Positions 51,522 through 61,462 of a DNA stretch of 64,000 nt are shown piece after piece. Within the stretch, counting starts at the first letter, position 1. Each line of letters opens with the position of its first letter. The position numbers and the translations under genes are program-made. The stretch comes from an uncultured Pseudomonadota bacterium (lineage in GTDB: Bacteria; Pseudomonadota; Gammaproteobacteria; CAJXQU01). The DNA lies in NCBI GenBank assembly GCA_913058255.1, contig CAJXQU010000012.1, positions 6,869 to 70,868 on the forward strand, read 5' to 3'. The notes under the pieces are model-generated. The model saw only the letters and a list, made by a program, of their open reading frames with translations, was not told the DNA's origin and searched no databases.

Positions 51522-52171
51522 ATTGTTTGTATTAAATAAAGTATTATAAAAAGCATCACAGGAAATAACCACTGACCTAGTGAAGCCTGACTTTTAAGAT
51601 CAACACTAATCCCATCCAGTGATTTCTCATCTATCTTTTTTATAAGATCAAAATACAAACCGGAAACACTATAACCTATCTCACTAATCCTTATTTTACC
51701 TTGTTTTATTGTCGCTTTCTTTTCTAATAAGTAGACCTTAACTGTCTCTATATTTTGAAAGATTAGCTCAATGCGAATAGCTAGAGATTCAACCGAAAAT
51801 CCCAGATATTTAAGTGGTCTTAGTAAAAATATGATTGCAGATATCATTTGATCACGTGGTGTTTTACTCATGATCCAGTTTATAAGCAGCAGCATTAAAG
51901 CTAAAATTAAAATTCGTTTAAGGCCAGCAGATAATTTAGATCCGAGGCTAATATCTGAAGTATCGATCAAAACAAAGACCGCTATAATTGATAGAAAAAA
52001 CCATTTCATTTGATAAAGAGATCGAGCAATTTTTCTGAAGTCTTCAGGTGGATTAGTCCAATAAAGAAGTAAGGTTAAAACACTACATACTATTACTATA
52101 AGAGGTTTTCCGAGAGCGAGGAACATCGCAAGAACAAGAAAACTGACAATACGGGTGATTGCGTGATTCAA
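51515..52171 (-). CDS. Hypothetical polytopic membrane protein between fimV and truA
   Basis: 218 aa, 4-5 hydrophobic helices. No family recognised. Translationally coupled to truA. Confidence 0.5.
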   Translation of the reverse strand: MNHAITRIVSFLVLAMFLALGKPLIVIVCSVLTLLLYWTNPPEDFRKIARSLYQMKWFFLSIIAVFVLIDTSDISLGSKLSAGLKRILILALMLLLINWIMSKTPRDQMISAIIFLLRPLKYLGFSVESLAIRIELIFQNIETVKVYLLEKKATIKQGKIRISEIGYSVSGLYFDLIKKIDEKSLDGISVDLKSQASLGQWLFPVMLFIILYLIQTIL

Positions 52172-52338
52172 TTTTCTTTATTCTCAGTCACTATAAACTT
52201 CTCACTTTTAGTATCTGATTACTGTTCTAGTTATATTAAGAGTAGATTTTATCGAATTGAATACTAGGAAATTACTTTGGGTGTAACACTTCTCTCCAAG
52301 CCCTTTTGATTATGAGCTTAGAGAGAAGTTATGATGAC

Positions 52339-55300
52339 TTATGAAATTTGTTGTAACAGTTCTTGAGCATCTTTCCTCTGATTATCATTACCATCAGCAC
52401 TAACTTCATGAAGAATATCTTTTGCACCATCAGAATCACCAAGCTCTATATATGCCTTAGCAAGATTTAACTTAGTATCAATTTCATCACCCTCATTCTC
52501 TAAGTCTAAATCAGATACGCCTAAAGTACTCGTCAGTGTTTTCTCTAATGTGCCATCTGTATCAAATTCAAAAGTGAGGTCATCAAGACCACCTGTATCA
52601 AGACCAGAAATTGTATCTTCAAGAGATTTTGCCAATGATTCTAAATCATCACTAGAGTTCTCAAAAGTATCAGCATCTAACAAGCTTTCTAAATCATCAA
52701 CTTCGAGTGAGTTCTCACTCAAATCATCTGTTGTGAACTCTAGAATTTCTGCACTTGGCTCTGCAGTTTTACTTGCAACAATATTTTCATCGACTGTTTT
52801 GAACTCATTGGTTAGCTCTAAGAAATCTTCTGCTTCACCACTTGCCTCTGACTCAGGAAGTGAAGTTGATCCAACGGCTGTAATATCTAACATATCAATT
52901 GAGAACGTATCGTCCTCTGCTTCTGTCACCGCACTCGTAATATCATCCGAATCACCAATATTAAAATCTAAACCTTCGTCAATTTTTATATCTGTAGAGC
53001 TATCTAACGAAAGCTCAAACTCTTCAGTATCTCCCGCTTGAGATGTTGATGTTACTGTTTTAGCAGCTTCTGAATCCAATTCAACGTCTTCTGCTATATT
53101 TAAGAAATCTTCAGACACTTCACCAGTTTCAGCTATATTAATAAAATCATCTGCGACTTCTGCTGCGTTAGTTTCGTCTCCCGAAGAGATATCAATCAGG
53201 GTCGTATCTTCCAGAGATATAGTCTCATCAGCAATATTAATGAACTCATCTTCATCATCGCTACTTAATAATGCAGCACCTGCGCCAACAGTTGATAGAC
53301 CTGCTACGATCCCAGCACCACCACTAATATCAAATACATCTTCAGCTTCAGGCTCGGTCGCAGCTAATTCGTCTGATAAAAAATCTTCAGAAATAGTCGT
53401 TTCAGTAGCCTCTGCAGCATTCTGTGATTCAAACAGGTCTCTTTCCGGAGACATCTCTGACCACATTGCAACTGCGCTCTCCCACAAGTGGCCTTCGCCA
53501 TCAGTAACTTCCTGTAAAGATTTCGCCGCTTTTTCATAGGCATTTTTATTATTAGCAGCGTAATGAACCTCAAGAAGACGTAGTTTATAACCATCTTCTT
53601 CAGGATTATCTTCGATAGCTTTATTGACTAATCTTTCAGCCTTATCAAACTGCTCGTATGCAAGTGACAAGTTAACTTCTTCCAATGGATCATCATCTGG
53701 CCCATCTTCTTCAGTTTGTTCTAGTAGAGGTTTAATTTGCTCAAGCGTATCTTCAAGATTAACCAGGCCTTCAGCCGGTAATTCTTCTTCATCTGCATCA
53801 AGAAGATCAGAGCCCTCTTCTAGCTCTTCCTCATCAAATTCAAAGTTAAACTCTTCTTCAACATCGGCTTCTAGTTCTTCAAAATCAGTTGGTGCTTCTA
53901 ACGCTTCTTCAACAGAATCGTCTAGCTCTAGATTTTCTTCAAGGTTGTCATCAAGATCATCTAGCCTCGTAGCGAATGAGTCTTCTACTTCTAACCCATC
54001 TGCAGCTAAATCGTCAGGGTCTAATAAATCTAATGTCTCAGCATCTTCTTTACGCCCTTTACCGAATAACTTGAATACTCCGATTAAAAGTAATCCAAGT
54101 AGACCTAAGGCAATAGCTAAAACCGCTTTGATGCCTCCAGGAATTGAATCAACGATACCTTCAGGAAGTAAGCCTTTTAGCTTAGTCAACAGATCAACAT
54201 CTTCCGTAGTGGCTGTATCTGCTTCAGAATCTGTTGTCTTATCTTCGACGACATCTTCCGTCGAAATAGCAACGGCGGCCTCTGCTTCCCTCTGATTATC
54301 AGTATCTACTGCTCCCTCAGAGAAATACTGGGCTTCAACGTCTTTACCCGAGAGATTCTCCGCTGGCGCACTATATTCTTCATAAGTCGTTGCTGTCGTT
54401 GCTAATTCCTGTTCGTAATCAAGGTAAGAGGTATCCGTTTCTCCTTCAAGCTCAGCGAGAATATCATCTATACTTTGATCGTCAGCTTCTTCACCTGTTT
54501 CGAGATTAGCTTCGGCTTCTAGTTTTGTTTTAGCTTCTTCCGCTAACTTAGCTTCTTCTGCAGATTCGGCTTCTAGTTTTGTTTTGGCTTCTTCGTCCGC
54601 AAGCGACTCCGCTTCGGTTTTAGAGACGTTAGCCTCTCTCAACTTAAGTTGTAAAGCAGCTAGCTCCTGATTTTTCAGATCAACTTGTTGTTTCAATAAA
54701 TCAACAATTTCTTCTGACTCTTTGAGCTTATCTTTTAACTCTGTGTTTTCATTTTCTCCACTCACCAATTGTTCAGCTGCTAAAGCGAGATCATTTTCGA
54801 GTGTCTGAGTGATGGCTTGTTCATTGTCGCCAGCAGCACTGATCTCTGTAATATCTTTTGTTGCACTCACTAAACGAACTTCAGGTTCGTCTAGAACTTC
54901 TTCTTCAGTAACCTCTTCTAACACTGTTCCGGTTGATGAAACTGCACCTTCAGGTCGTACAGCAACATTTGAAGCTAATCCTTGGCGATAATCATCCCAA
55001 AGTGCATTATGTTCTTTAACCAATGCAATAGCTTCACGCTTACTGATTTGATTCACTTCATCATGATCTGGGATTTTAAGTACTTGACCCGTTTTAAGTG
55101 CATTTATGTTGTTATTAACGAATGCATGTGGGTTTGAGTTCAGTAACGACAACATCATTTGTTGAACATTCACCGAACGGTTAGGACGACTTTTACTTGC
55201 TATAGACCAAAGTGTATCGCCTTTAGAGGTTGTATAAGCTGACGCTCCAGAAGAAGCCGAGGGTTGTTGGTTGCTTTGCTGAAGGATCTCTTGATAAACG

Positions 55301-56031
55301 ACAGCTTCTTCCTGAATAACCGATCCCGTGATAGAAGTTGCTTCGACAACAGAACCTGTTCTAACTTCAGCCTCACTCACAAGCGTTGCATCAGGTAGTT
55401 GTTCTATTCGTATATTTTCAACCTGCTCTTGTTTAACCGGGGTAGTGATTGGTTCAACTATGGTTAGAGGCTCTGAAACTGACTCAATTACAGGTTCTGT
55501 AACAGGCTCAGCTATCGGTAGCTCTGTTGTATCAACAACACGTGTATTGGTATCAAAAACCGGCGGATCTAATAGCGCAGTATATTCACGAATAAGTCGC
55601 CCTTTTGCCCAATTCACTTCCAGTAAAAAATTAAGAAAAGGTTCTTTAATCGATTCATTACTAGTGATGTGCAAGTAACTTCCCGAAGAACCTTCAATAA
55701 TTTCAAACTTAAGAGAAGACAGGAGAAATGGCCTTTCTATTCCCGCACTTTTAAACTGCTCCGAATCACCAAGGTTAACCGTCAGAGTTTGTAGTTCCTC
55801 TGAGTTAGTATTAAGTAATTGGATCTTTGCATCAAATGGTTCGTTCAGTGCTGAATTGGTCGTCATCCCACCTAGTCCTAACGCCTGAACAAGTGCAGGT
55901 GAAAGCAAGAGTGTAGACAATAGCGCCTTCTGAATGCTTGATTTTAAAAATTTTCCGCCTGTATTTTGCTTTGCAATTACAGAACTATTTTGAAATACCT
56001 TTTTCACGACTTCCCCCAGTTCTCCAGCCAT
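52339..56031 (-). CDS. fimV: FimV/HubP-family polar scaffold protein (LysM - TM - highly acidic region - FimV C-terminal TPR-like motif)
   Basis: N-terminal LGLGGMTTNSALNEPFDAKIQLL matches the P. aeruginosa FimV N-terminus. LysM-like segment (YTTSKGDTLWSIA...LKTGQVLKIP), mid-protein TM (AVLAIALGLLGLLLIGVF), and C-terminal KLNLAKAYIELGDSDGAKDIL motif. Strongly acidic, 1230 aa. Confidence 0.8.
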   Translation of the reverse strand: MAGELGEVVKKVFQNSSVIAKQNTGGKFLKSSIQKALLSTLLLSPALVQALGLGGMTTNSALNEPFDAKIQLLNTNSEELQTLTVNLGDSEQFKSAGIERPFLLSSLKFEIIEGSSGSYLHITSNESIKEPFLNFLLEVNWAKGRLIREYTALLDPPVFDTNTRVVDTTELPIAEPVTEPVIESVSEPLTIVEPITTPVKQEQVENIRIEQLPDATLVSEAEVRTGSVVEATSITGSVIQEEAVVYQEILQQSNQQPSASSGASAYTTSKGDTLWSIASKSRPNRSVNVQQMMLSLLNSNPHAFVNNNINALKTGQVLKIPDHDEVNQISKREAIALVKEHNALWDDYRQGLASNVAVRPEGAVSSTGTVLEEVTEEEVLDEPEVRLVSATKDITEISAAGDNEQAITQTLENDLALAAEQLVSGENENTELKDKLKESEEIVDLLKQQVDLKNQELAALQLKLREANVSKTEAESLADEEAKTKLEAESAEEAKLAEEAKTKLEAEANLETGEEADDQSIDDILAELEGETDTSYLDYEQELATTATTYEEYSAPAENLSGKDVEAQYFSEGAVDTDNQREAEAAVAISTEDVVEDKTTDSEADTATTEDVDLLTKLKGLLPEGIVDSIPGGIKAVLAIALGLLGLLLIGVFKLFGKGRKEDAETLDLLDPDDLAADGLEVEDSFATRLDDLDDNLEENLELDDSVEEALEAPTDFEELEADVEEEFNFEFDEEELEEGSDLLDADEEELPAEGLVNLEDTLEQIKPLLEQTEEDGPDDDPLEEVNLSLAYEQFDKAERLVNKAIEDNPEEDGYKLRLLEVHYAANNKNAYEKAAKSLQEVTDGEGHLWESAVAMWSEMSPERDLFESQNAAEATETTISEDFLSDELAATEPEAEDVFDISGGAGIVAGLSTVGAGAALLSSDDEDEFINIADETISLEDTTLIDISSGDETNAAEVADDFINIAETGEVSEDFLNIAEDVELDSEAAKTVTSTSQAGDTEEFELSLDSSTDIKIDEGLDFNIGDSDDITSAVTEAEDDTFSIDMLDITAVGSTSLPESEASGEAEDFLELTNEFKTVDENIVASKTAEPSAEILEFTTDDLSENSLEVDDLESLLDADTFENSSDDLESLAKSLEDTISGLDTGGLDDLTFEFDTDGTLEKTLTSTLGVSDLDLENEGDEIDTKLNLAKAYIELGDSDGAKDILHEVSADGNDNQRKDAQELLQQIS
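54505..54625. repeat. In-frame 54-bp tandem repeat inside fimV (encodes AKTKLEAE...AEEA units)
   Basis: ttcggcttctagttttgtttt(a/g)gcttcttc occurs twice, 54 nt apart. Confidence 0.4.
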
Positions 56032-56094
56032 ATAGACTAGTGGATTCCCCTAAAATACTCGAATGTACATAAGAATATAGCATAAAACAATTGT

Positions 56095-57120
56095 TTATAA
56101 ATGGTTTTTTATTAATAATTCAGCTATCTCAACACTATTTAACGCCGCTCCTTTACGTACATTATCTGACACAACCCACATGTTTAGGCCTCGAGGATGA
56201 GAGATATCTTCACGAATTCGTCCCACAAAAACAGCATCATTACCTGAAGCTTCAGTTACTGCCGTTGGATAACCACCATCTTCATGCTCGTCCATCACCT
56301 CTACGCCTGCTGCTTTCGCTAATAACTCACGCGCTTGAACAGCTGTGATTTTCTCTTTAGTTTCAATATGTAATGCCTCGGAGTGACCATAAAAAACAGG
56401 GACTCGAACCGCCGTAGGATTGACCTCTATACTATCATCGCCCATGATTTTCTTAGTTTCCCAAACCATTTTCATTTCTTCTTTTGTGTATCCGTTCTCA
56501 CAAAAAACATCTATATGCGGCAAAACATTAAAGGCTATCTGCTTTGGATAAACACTACTTTCAATTTGTTTCGCATTCAAAAGGTTCGCTGTTTGCGTGG
56601 CTAATTCTTCGATCGCATTTTTACCCGTGCCTGAGACTGCTTGATAGGTACAGACATTGAGGCGTGTAATACCAACCGCATCATAAATTGGTTTTAATGC
56701 AACTAACATTTGAATCGTTGAACAATTTGGGTTCGCGATAATACCTCTATTTTTATAGTCAGCAATCGCTTCTGGATTAACTTCTGGCACAACTAGTGGG
56801 ATATCATCGACGTAGCGAAACTCAGACGTATTATCAATAACAACACAACCCGCAGCTGCCGCTTTTGGAGCATATATTTTTGAAACCGATCCACCGGGTG
56901 AAAACAAACCAATATCCACACCATTAAAGTCGAAGGTTTCTAAATCTTCAACCATAATCGATTTCCCGCGAAACATGAGTCTTGAACCCGCTGAACGACT
57001 ACTCGCCAATAGATGTAATTTATCAACTGGAAATTCCCGTTGCTCAAGTATTTCTAGCATTGCCTCGCCGACAGCACCAGTGGCACCGACAATTGCGACA
57101 TTATATTTTTTTTCACTCAT
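56095..57120 (-). CDS. usg: Aspartate-semialdehyde dehydrogenase-family protein USG-1
   Basis: 341 aa, collinear with E. coli USG-1 (IAVLGATGAVGEA, IIANPNCSTIQMLVALKPI, GYTKEEMKMVWET). Confidence 0.85.
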   Translation of the reverse strand: MSEKKYNVAIVGATGAVGEAMLEILEQREFPVDKLHLLASSRSAGSRLMFRGKSIMVEDLETFDFNGVDIGLFSPGGSVSKIYAPKAAAAGCVVIDNTSEFRYVDDIPLVVPEVNPEAIADYKNRGIIANPNCSTIQMLVALKPIYDAVGITRLNVCTYQAVSGTGKNAIEELATQTANLLNAKQIESSVYPKQIAFNVLPHIDVFCENGYTKEEMKMVWETKKIMGDDSIEVNPTAVRVPVFYGHSEALHIETKEKITAVQARELLAKAAGVEVMDEHEDGGYPTAVTEASGNDAVFVGRIREDISHPRGLNMWVVSDNVRKGAALNSVEIAELLIKNHL

Positions 57121-57123
57121 AAC

Positions 57124-58203
57124 TTATCCTTTTAGTGCAGCGACGACAGCATCGCCCATTTCAATAGTGCCCACATTCTTCATACCTGTAGAGGTAATGT
57201 CCGGCGTTCGATATCCGGCACTAAGCACAACATCTACGGCTTTTTCGACGCGATTGGCCTGCTCAGCTTCAGCTAGTGAATAACGTAGCATCATTGCAAC
57301 TGATAGAATTGTAGCGAGAGGGTTCGCAATATTTTTTCCAGCGATATCTGGCGCAGAACCGTGGATGGGCTCATACATACCTTTACCATTTTTATCTAAC
57401 GAAGCGGATGGCAGCATGCCAATAGAACCTGTCAGCATCGATGCAAGATCAGACAATATGTCACCGAACATATTAGTCGTCACCATGACATCAAACTGTT
57501 TTGGCGTTCGCACTAATTGCATAGCAGCATTGTCAACATACATATGTGTCAACTCAACTTCTGGGTAATCTTTAGAAATATCGATCATGACTTCACGCCA
57601 AAGCTCAGTGGCTTCTAAAACATTAGCCTTATCTATAGAGCAAACTCGGCGATCGCGCTTCATTGCTGCTTTGAATGCGACATGCCCTATTCTTCTGATT
57701 TCTGACTCGCTATATACCAGCGTATTGAAGCCTTCCTTTTCACCATTATCAAGCTCTCGAATACCACGAGGTTGGCCAAAATATATGCCACCCGTGAGCT
57801 CACGGACGATCATGATATCTAGACCAGACACCACTTCAGGTTTTAAAGCCGATGCTTCGACAAGTTGTGGTGCCGTAAGTGCAGGCCGTAAATTTGCAAA
57901 TAAACCCAGTTCTGATCGGATTTTTAATAAGCCTTTTTCAGGGCGGTTAGCGATATCGAGTGGCTCCCATTTCGGGCCACCAACAGCTCCTAATAAAATG
58001 GCATCTGCTTCCTTTGCCTTGTCGAGCGTTTCATCCGGTAAAGGATTACCTACCGCGTCAATAGCAGCCCCACCAATCAAACCATTATCAAGATCAATAT
58101 CTAATCCAAAGTCAACTGACAGTACATTGAGTACCTTTATAGCTTCCGCTAAGATTTCTGGGCCGATGCCGTCACCAGATAAAATTAGAACTTTTTTACT
58201 CAT
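57124..58203 (-). CDS. leuB: 3-isopropylmalate dehydrogenase
   Basis: Start at [17 protein letters not shown], preceded by an AAGGGGAAG ribosome-binding site. The track's longer upstream extension is hydrophobic and unlikely. Confidence 0.9.
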   Translation of the reverse strand: MSKKVLILSGDGIGPEILAEAIKVLNVLSVDFGLDIDLDNGLIGGAAIDAVGNPLPDETLDKAKEADAILLGAVGGPKWEPLDIANRPEKGLLKIRSELGLFANLRPALTAPQLVEASALKPEVVSGLDIMIVRELTGGIYFGQPRGIRELDNGEKEGFNTLVYSESEIRRIGHVAFKAAMKRDRRVCSIDKANVLEATELWREVMIDISKDYPEVELTHMYVDNAAMQLVRTPKQFDVMVTTNMFGDILSDLASMLTGSIGMLPSASLDKNGKGMYEPIHGSAPDIAGKNIANPLATILSVAMMLRYSLAEAEQANRVEKAVDVVLSAGYRTPDITSTGMKNVGTIEMGDAVVAALKG

Positions 58204-58965
58204 AATTACAAACTTCCCCTTGCCCAAACGCAAAGCAACTGTCGTACTATATAAACTAAAAAACCCCAAAAAGGGGTTAATGAAAGTAGTGATGGAGGGG
58301 ACAAGCCCAATCAACTCCCCCGGTGCGTATTAATTCGCTCAGAGCTATATGTCATAACACTGAAGAACCAACTATCCCTACTGATTAACTCGGTCATTCT
58401 ACTTCTTTTTAAACCAATGTAAATCACATGAAAGACCGATGTTATGTGTATTGTGATCGAAAGGAAGTTGTTAAGGATAACGAGATGCCCTATCCAACCA
58501 AACGTCAATCCCTTGGGTATTCAAATTAAGATCGTCGGTAAGTTAGATCCATCACTTTGTCCCTGTTTAAAGAACATCCTCAATCGCCAAGTCCAGCTAC
58601 AAATGGCTCTATTAAATCACTCTAGATAAGCGGATATCGATTTACTGCGCACCTCATCTTTATATCGACATATGGTTCAAGCAGATAATGTCATCGGCCG
58701 CATATCTCGGAAAGATCCGTTACAGCACTATTCATTGTATATCCGATCAGAACAAATCGATCTTTAACTAAGGTAACAAAACCTTCAATGGCGAATAAAT
58801 ATCGAAAAAAGGACTTTTTTAATTACTTTTATCTTTGCATACTCTTTACTTAACGATAATATTGAGGCTACACAAAAATGACTGTCGCCATATAGCGATA
58901 TATGACCTAGTGAGTTCTGATGGGATAAACTCTCTAAATTACACAACTGCTCAAATAAACCCTAC

Positions 58966-60126
58966 ATGAGAAAAATAATGAACGATTTTTTTGATCCACG
59001 ATATCCAAACTCGGAAAACCTAAGACATCGCGCAAAAAAACGAATGCCTGGCTTTGCCTTTGATTACCTAGAAGGTGGCTGTATTGATGAAATAGGTCTG
59101 AAGAGAAACCGAGACCTTATCAAAGAAGTTCAACTACGCAGTAACCTACTAGAACCATTTGATAAAACTGATCTTGGCGTCGAAATCTTTGGACATAAAT
59201 ATTCACTTCCCTTCGGTATCGCACCTGTAGGTTTACAAGGTCTTATGTGGCCAAACGCACCAGAAATTCTTGCAAAAGCAGCGGCTGAGCTAAACATTCC
59301 TTATGTGTTAAGTACCGTATCATCGAGTCGATTAGAGCGCATTTCAGAATTGTCCGAAGGTAAAGCATGGTTCCAGTTATACAACCCTACCGATGACTCC
59401 GTCAGAAAAGATTTAATGAAACGTATTCACGCCGCACAAGTACCTGTTTTAGTCGTGACCGTGGATGTCCCGACCTTTGGTTACAGAATTAATGATATTA
59501 AAAATGGTTTGTCGATGCCACCTTCTATGTCGCTACGCAATGTTATCCAAATGGCGACAAGCCCAGCTTGGTTATACGAAACAGCCAAAGCCGGAAAACC
59601 TGAAATGCAAACACTCAAACCCTATATGCCTAAAGGCATGCCGGTTGATCAGTTAGCCGCCTTTATGAATGACACCGTCATGGGGAAAGTTGATGCAGAG
59701 AGCTTAAAACCAATCCGCGATGAATGGCAAGGTCCCCTATTAATCAAGGGACTGGTCAGTGAGAGTGATGTGAAACATGCGATCGCATTAGGTGCTGATG
59801 GAGTGGTGTTATCAAATCATGGCGGTAGACAGCTCGATGCTGGCGAATCACCAATAGAAACCATGCAGCAGATTGTAGCTAAGTACGGCGATCAAATTAA
59901 AATCACGATGGATAGTGGTATTCGTAGCGGTACGAACATTGCCTGCTCCTTAGCACAAGGAGCTGAGTTTACCTTCCTTGGCCGTACATTTGTCTACGGT
60001 GTCGGCGCTCTTGGAGACAAGGGAGGAATACACACCATCAATATGTTGAAGAAACAGTTAGAACAAACCTTGACTCAACTTAGATGCCCGAGCGTTAAAG
60101 ACCTACCTAAATACCTAGTTCGTTAA
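58966..60126 (+). CDS. FMN-dependent alpha-hydroxy acid dehydrogenase (L-lactate dehydrogenase LldD / glycolate oxidase family)
   Basis: 386 aa. LEGGCIDEIGLKRNR, SNHGGRQLD and GADGV motifs typical of the FMN-dependent dehydrogenase family. Confidence 0.8.
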   Translation: MRKIMNDFFDPRYPNSENLRHRAKKRMPGFAFDYLEGGCIDEIGLKRNRDLIKEVQLRSNLLEPFDKTDLGVEIFGHKYSLPFGIAPVGLQGLMWPNAPEILAKAAAELNIPYVLSTVSSSRLERISELSEGKAWFQLYNPTDDSVRKDLMKRIHAAQVPVLVVTVDVPTFGYRINDIKNGLSMPPSMSLRNVIQMATSPAWLYETAKAGKPEMQTLKPYMPKGMPVDQLAAFMNDTVMGKVDAESLKPIRDEWQGPLLIKGLVSESDVKHAIALGADGVVLSNHGGRQLDAGESPIETMQQIVAKYGDQIKITMDSGIRSGTNIACSLAQGAEFTFLGRTFVYGVGALGDKGGIHTINMLKKQLEQTLTQLRCPSVKDLPKYLVR

Positions 60127-60165
60127 AAATTAGTTCATTAGAAAATAAAGAACGCAACATTCCCC

Positions 60166-60216
60166 AATACTATCTATCTAGTATCATCATATTTGATACT
60201 AGATAGTATTTTTTTC
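60166..60216 (+). terminator. Long imperfect palindrome plus T7 run: terminator of the lldD-like gene
   Basis: aatactatctatctagtatca-tcatatt-tgatactagatagtatt followed by ttttttt. Confidence 0.55.
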
Positions 60217-60225
60217 AAGCTAACA

Positions 60226-61221
60226 TCAAATAATAAAAATAACTAATAAAATAAAAAATGCTAGCCAGCTAGTTTCTATTAACATAAGAAAGATCGGTTT
60301 TAAGCCTACCGAAGTCAACTTCGCTAAATTGGACTTCATCCCGATTGCGGTTATGGCAATGATTAAAGCAAAACGTGAAAAGCTTGTTGTTATATCAGTT
60401 AACTCTTGAGGGATAGTGGTGCTCGAATTGACTAGCATCAGTAGAAAGAAAACAATCAAAAATAATGGCACGCCTGCTGCGCTGAATTTCTGCTTTGAAT
60501 GCTTACTCTCAACTTTATTATTCTGCCATGAAATAAAAAATAATACACAAAACACAACGGGGACTAAAAGACTGACTCGAACAAGTTTAACTAAGGTTGC
60601 TATGTTTCCTGTCTCGTCAGAAACTGAATAGCCAGCACCAACCACTTGTGCAACATCGTGGATCGTTCCACCCAAGAATAAACCCGAATCATGGTTATCC
60701 AAACCGAAGTAAGCCGTTAAAATAGGATAAATAACCATCGATATCGTTGACATCGAAGTTACGCAGATAACCGTTAGTAAAGTATCTCGTTCTTTATCTT
60801 TATGCTCAGGTAAGACTGCTGAAATAGCGAGTGCGGCCGATGCTCCACAAATAGAAACCGCTCCACCCGTCAGAACACCTAAGCTTTTTTTCAGCCCCAA
60901 AACTTTAGCCGTGTAAGTACCAATCAAAATGGTACTGGCTATCGCGACCGTTAATAAAACAATAGTCTCCCAACCTAACGCGATCAGGTCTGATAAGGCA
61001 ATCCTCAAACCTAAAAGTGCAATACCCAATTTTAAGATAAAATTTGCACTAAATTCGATACCCTCCCGACAAGATCCTTCTTCATACAAAAAAGACAACG
61101 CTATACCCAGCAGCAATGCAAATAGCATCACTGGTGCTCCGTAATGCTCACTGAGAAAAAGTGCGGCCAAACCCGTAATAATGGTGATGCCTATTCCAGG
61201 CAGTATAATTTTAAAAGTCAC
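60226..61221 (-). CDS. yeiH: YeiH/UPF0324 family putative sulfate exporter membrane protein
   Basis: 331 aa, roughly 10 TM helices, with an N-terminal pattern typical of YeiH. Confidence 0.75.
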   Translation of the reverse strand: MTFKIILPGIGITIITGLAALFLSEHYGAPVMLFALLLGIALSFLYEEGSCREGIEFSANFILKLGIALLGLRIALSDLIALGWETIVLLTVAIASTILIGTYTAKVLGLKKSLGVLTGGAVSICGASAALAISAVLPEHKDKERDTLLTVICVTSMSTISMVIYPILTAYFGLDNHDSGLFLGGTIHDVAQVVGAGYSVSDETGNIATLVKLVRVSLLVPVVFCVLFFISWQNNKVESKHSKQKFSAAGVPLFLIVFFLLMLVNSSTTIPQELTDITTSFSRFALIIAITAIGMKSNLAKLTSVGLKPIFLMLIETSWLAFFILLVIFII

Positions 61222-61462
61222 ATAATCCTCATAGAAATAACTGCTTGATTTGTATATGTCCGTAATTTATGAATAAATAAGTTTTATGCTATAAAAATTA
61301 CTTACTCAAGACCTTATGCATCAAATGCTGATTTGCCAAGGTTCAAATAAATTAACAATCTAGTATGCCACAGCTTCAGAACTCGTAAGATCGAAACAGA
61401 TAGAATCAACATGGTATATTATATGTGGGAGCACCATCTAAAATTATTAAGGAAGAACACTT

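Noticed and set aside
52550-55678. Ser-rich ORFs on the plus strand opposite fimV (52550..53041, 53240..53539, 53624..54295, 55328..55678)
   Set aside because: They are low-complexity translations of the complement of the GAA/GAT-rich acidic fimV coding sequence. The fimV frame has LysM, TM and FimV C-terminal motifs, so the opposite-strand frames are artefacts.
57124-58314. Longer leuB ORF starting 37 codons upstream ([15 protein letters not shown]...)
   Set aside because: The extension is hydrophobic and non-conserved. The internal ATG at 58203 has a strong AAGGGGAAG ribosome-binding site and gives the canonical MSKKVLIL...GDGIGPEI N-terminus.
58311-58629. Two small ORFs (65 and 61 aa) in the leuB / lldD-like spacer, considered as possible leu leader peptides
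   Set aside because: Neither contains a run of Leu codons and neither has a ribosome-binding site or conserved look. The region is treated as non-coding, a possible sRNA or regulatory region.
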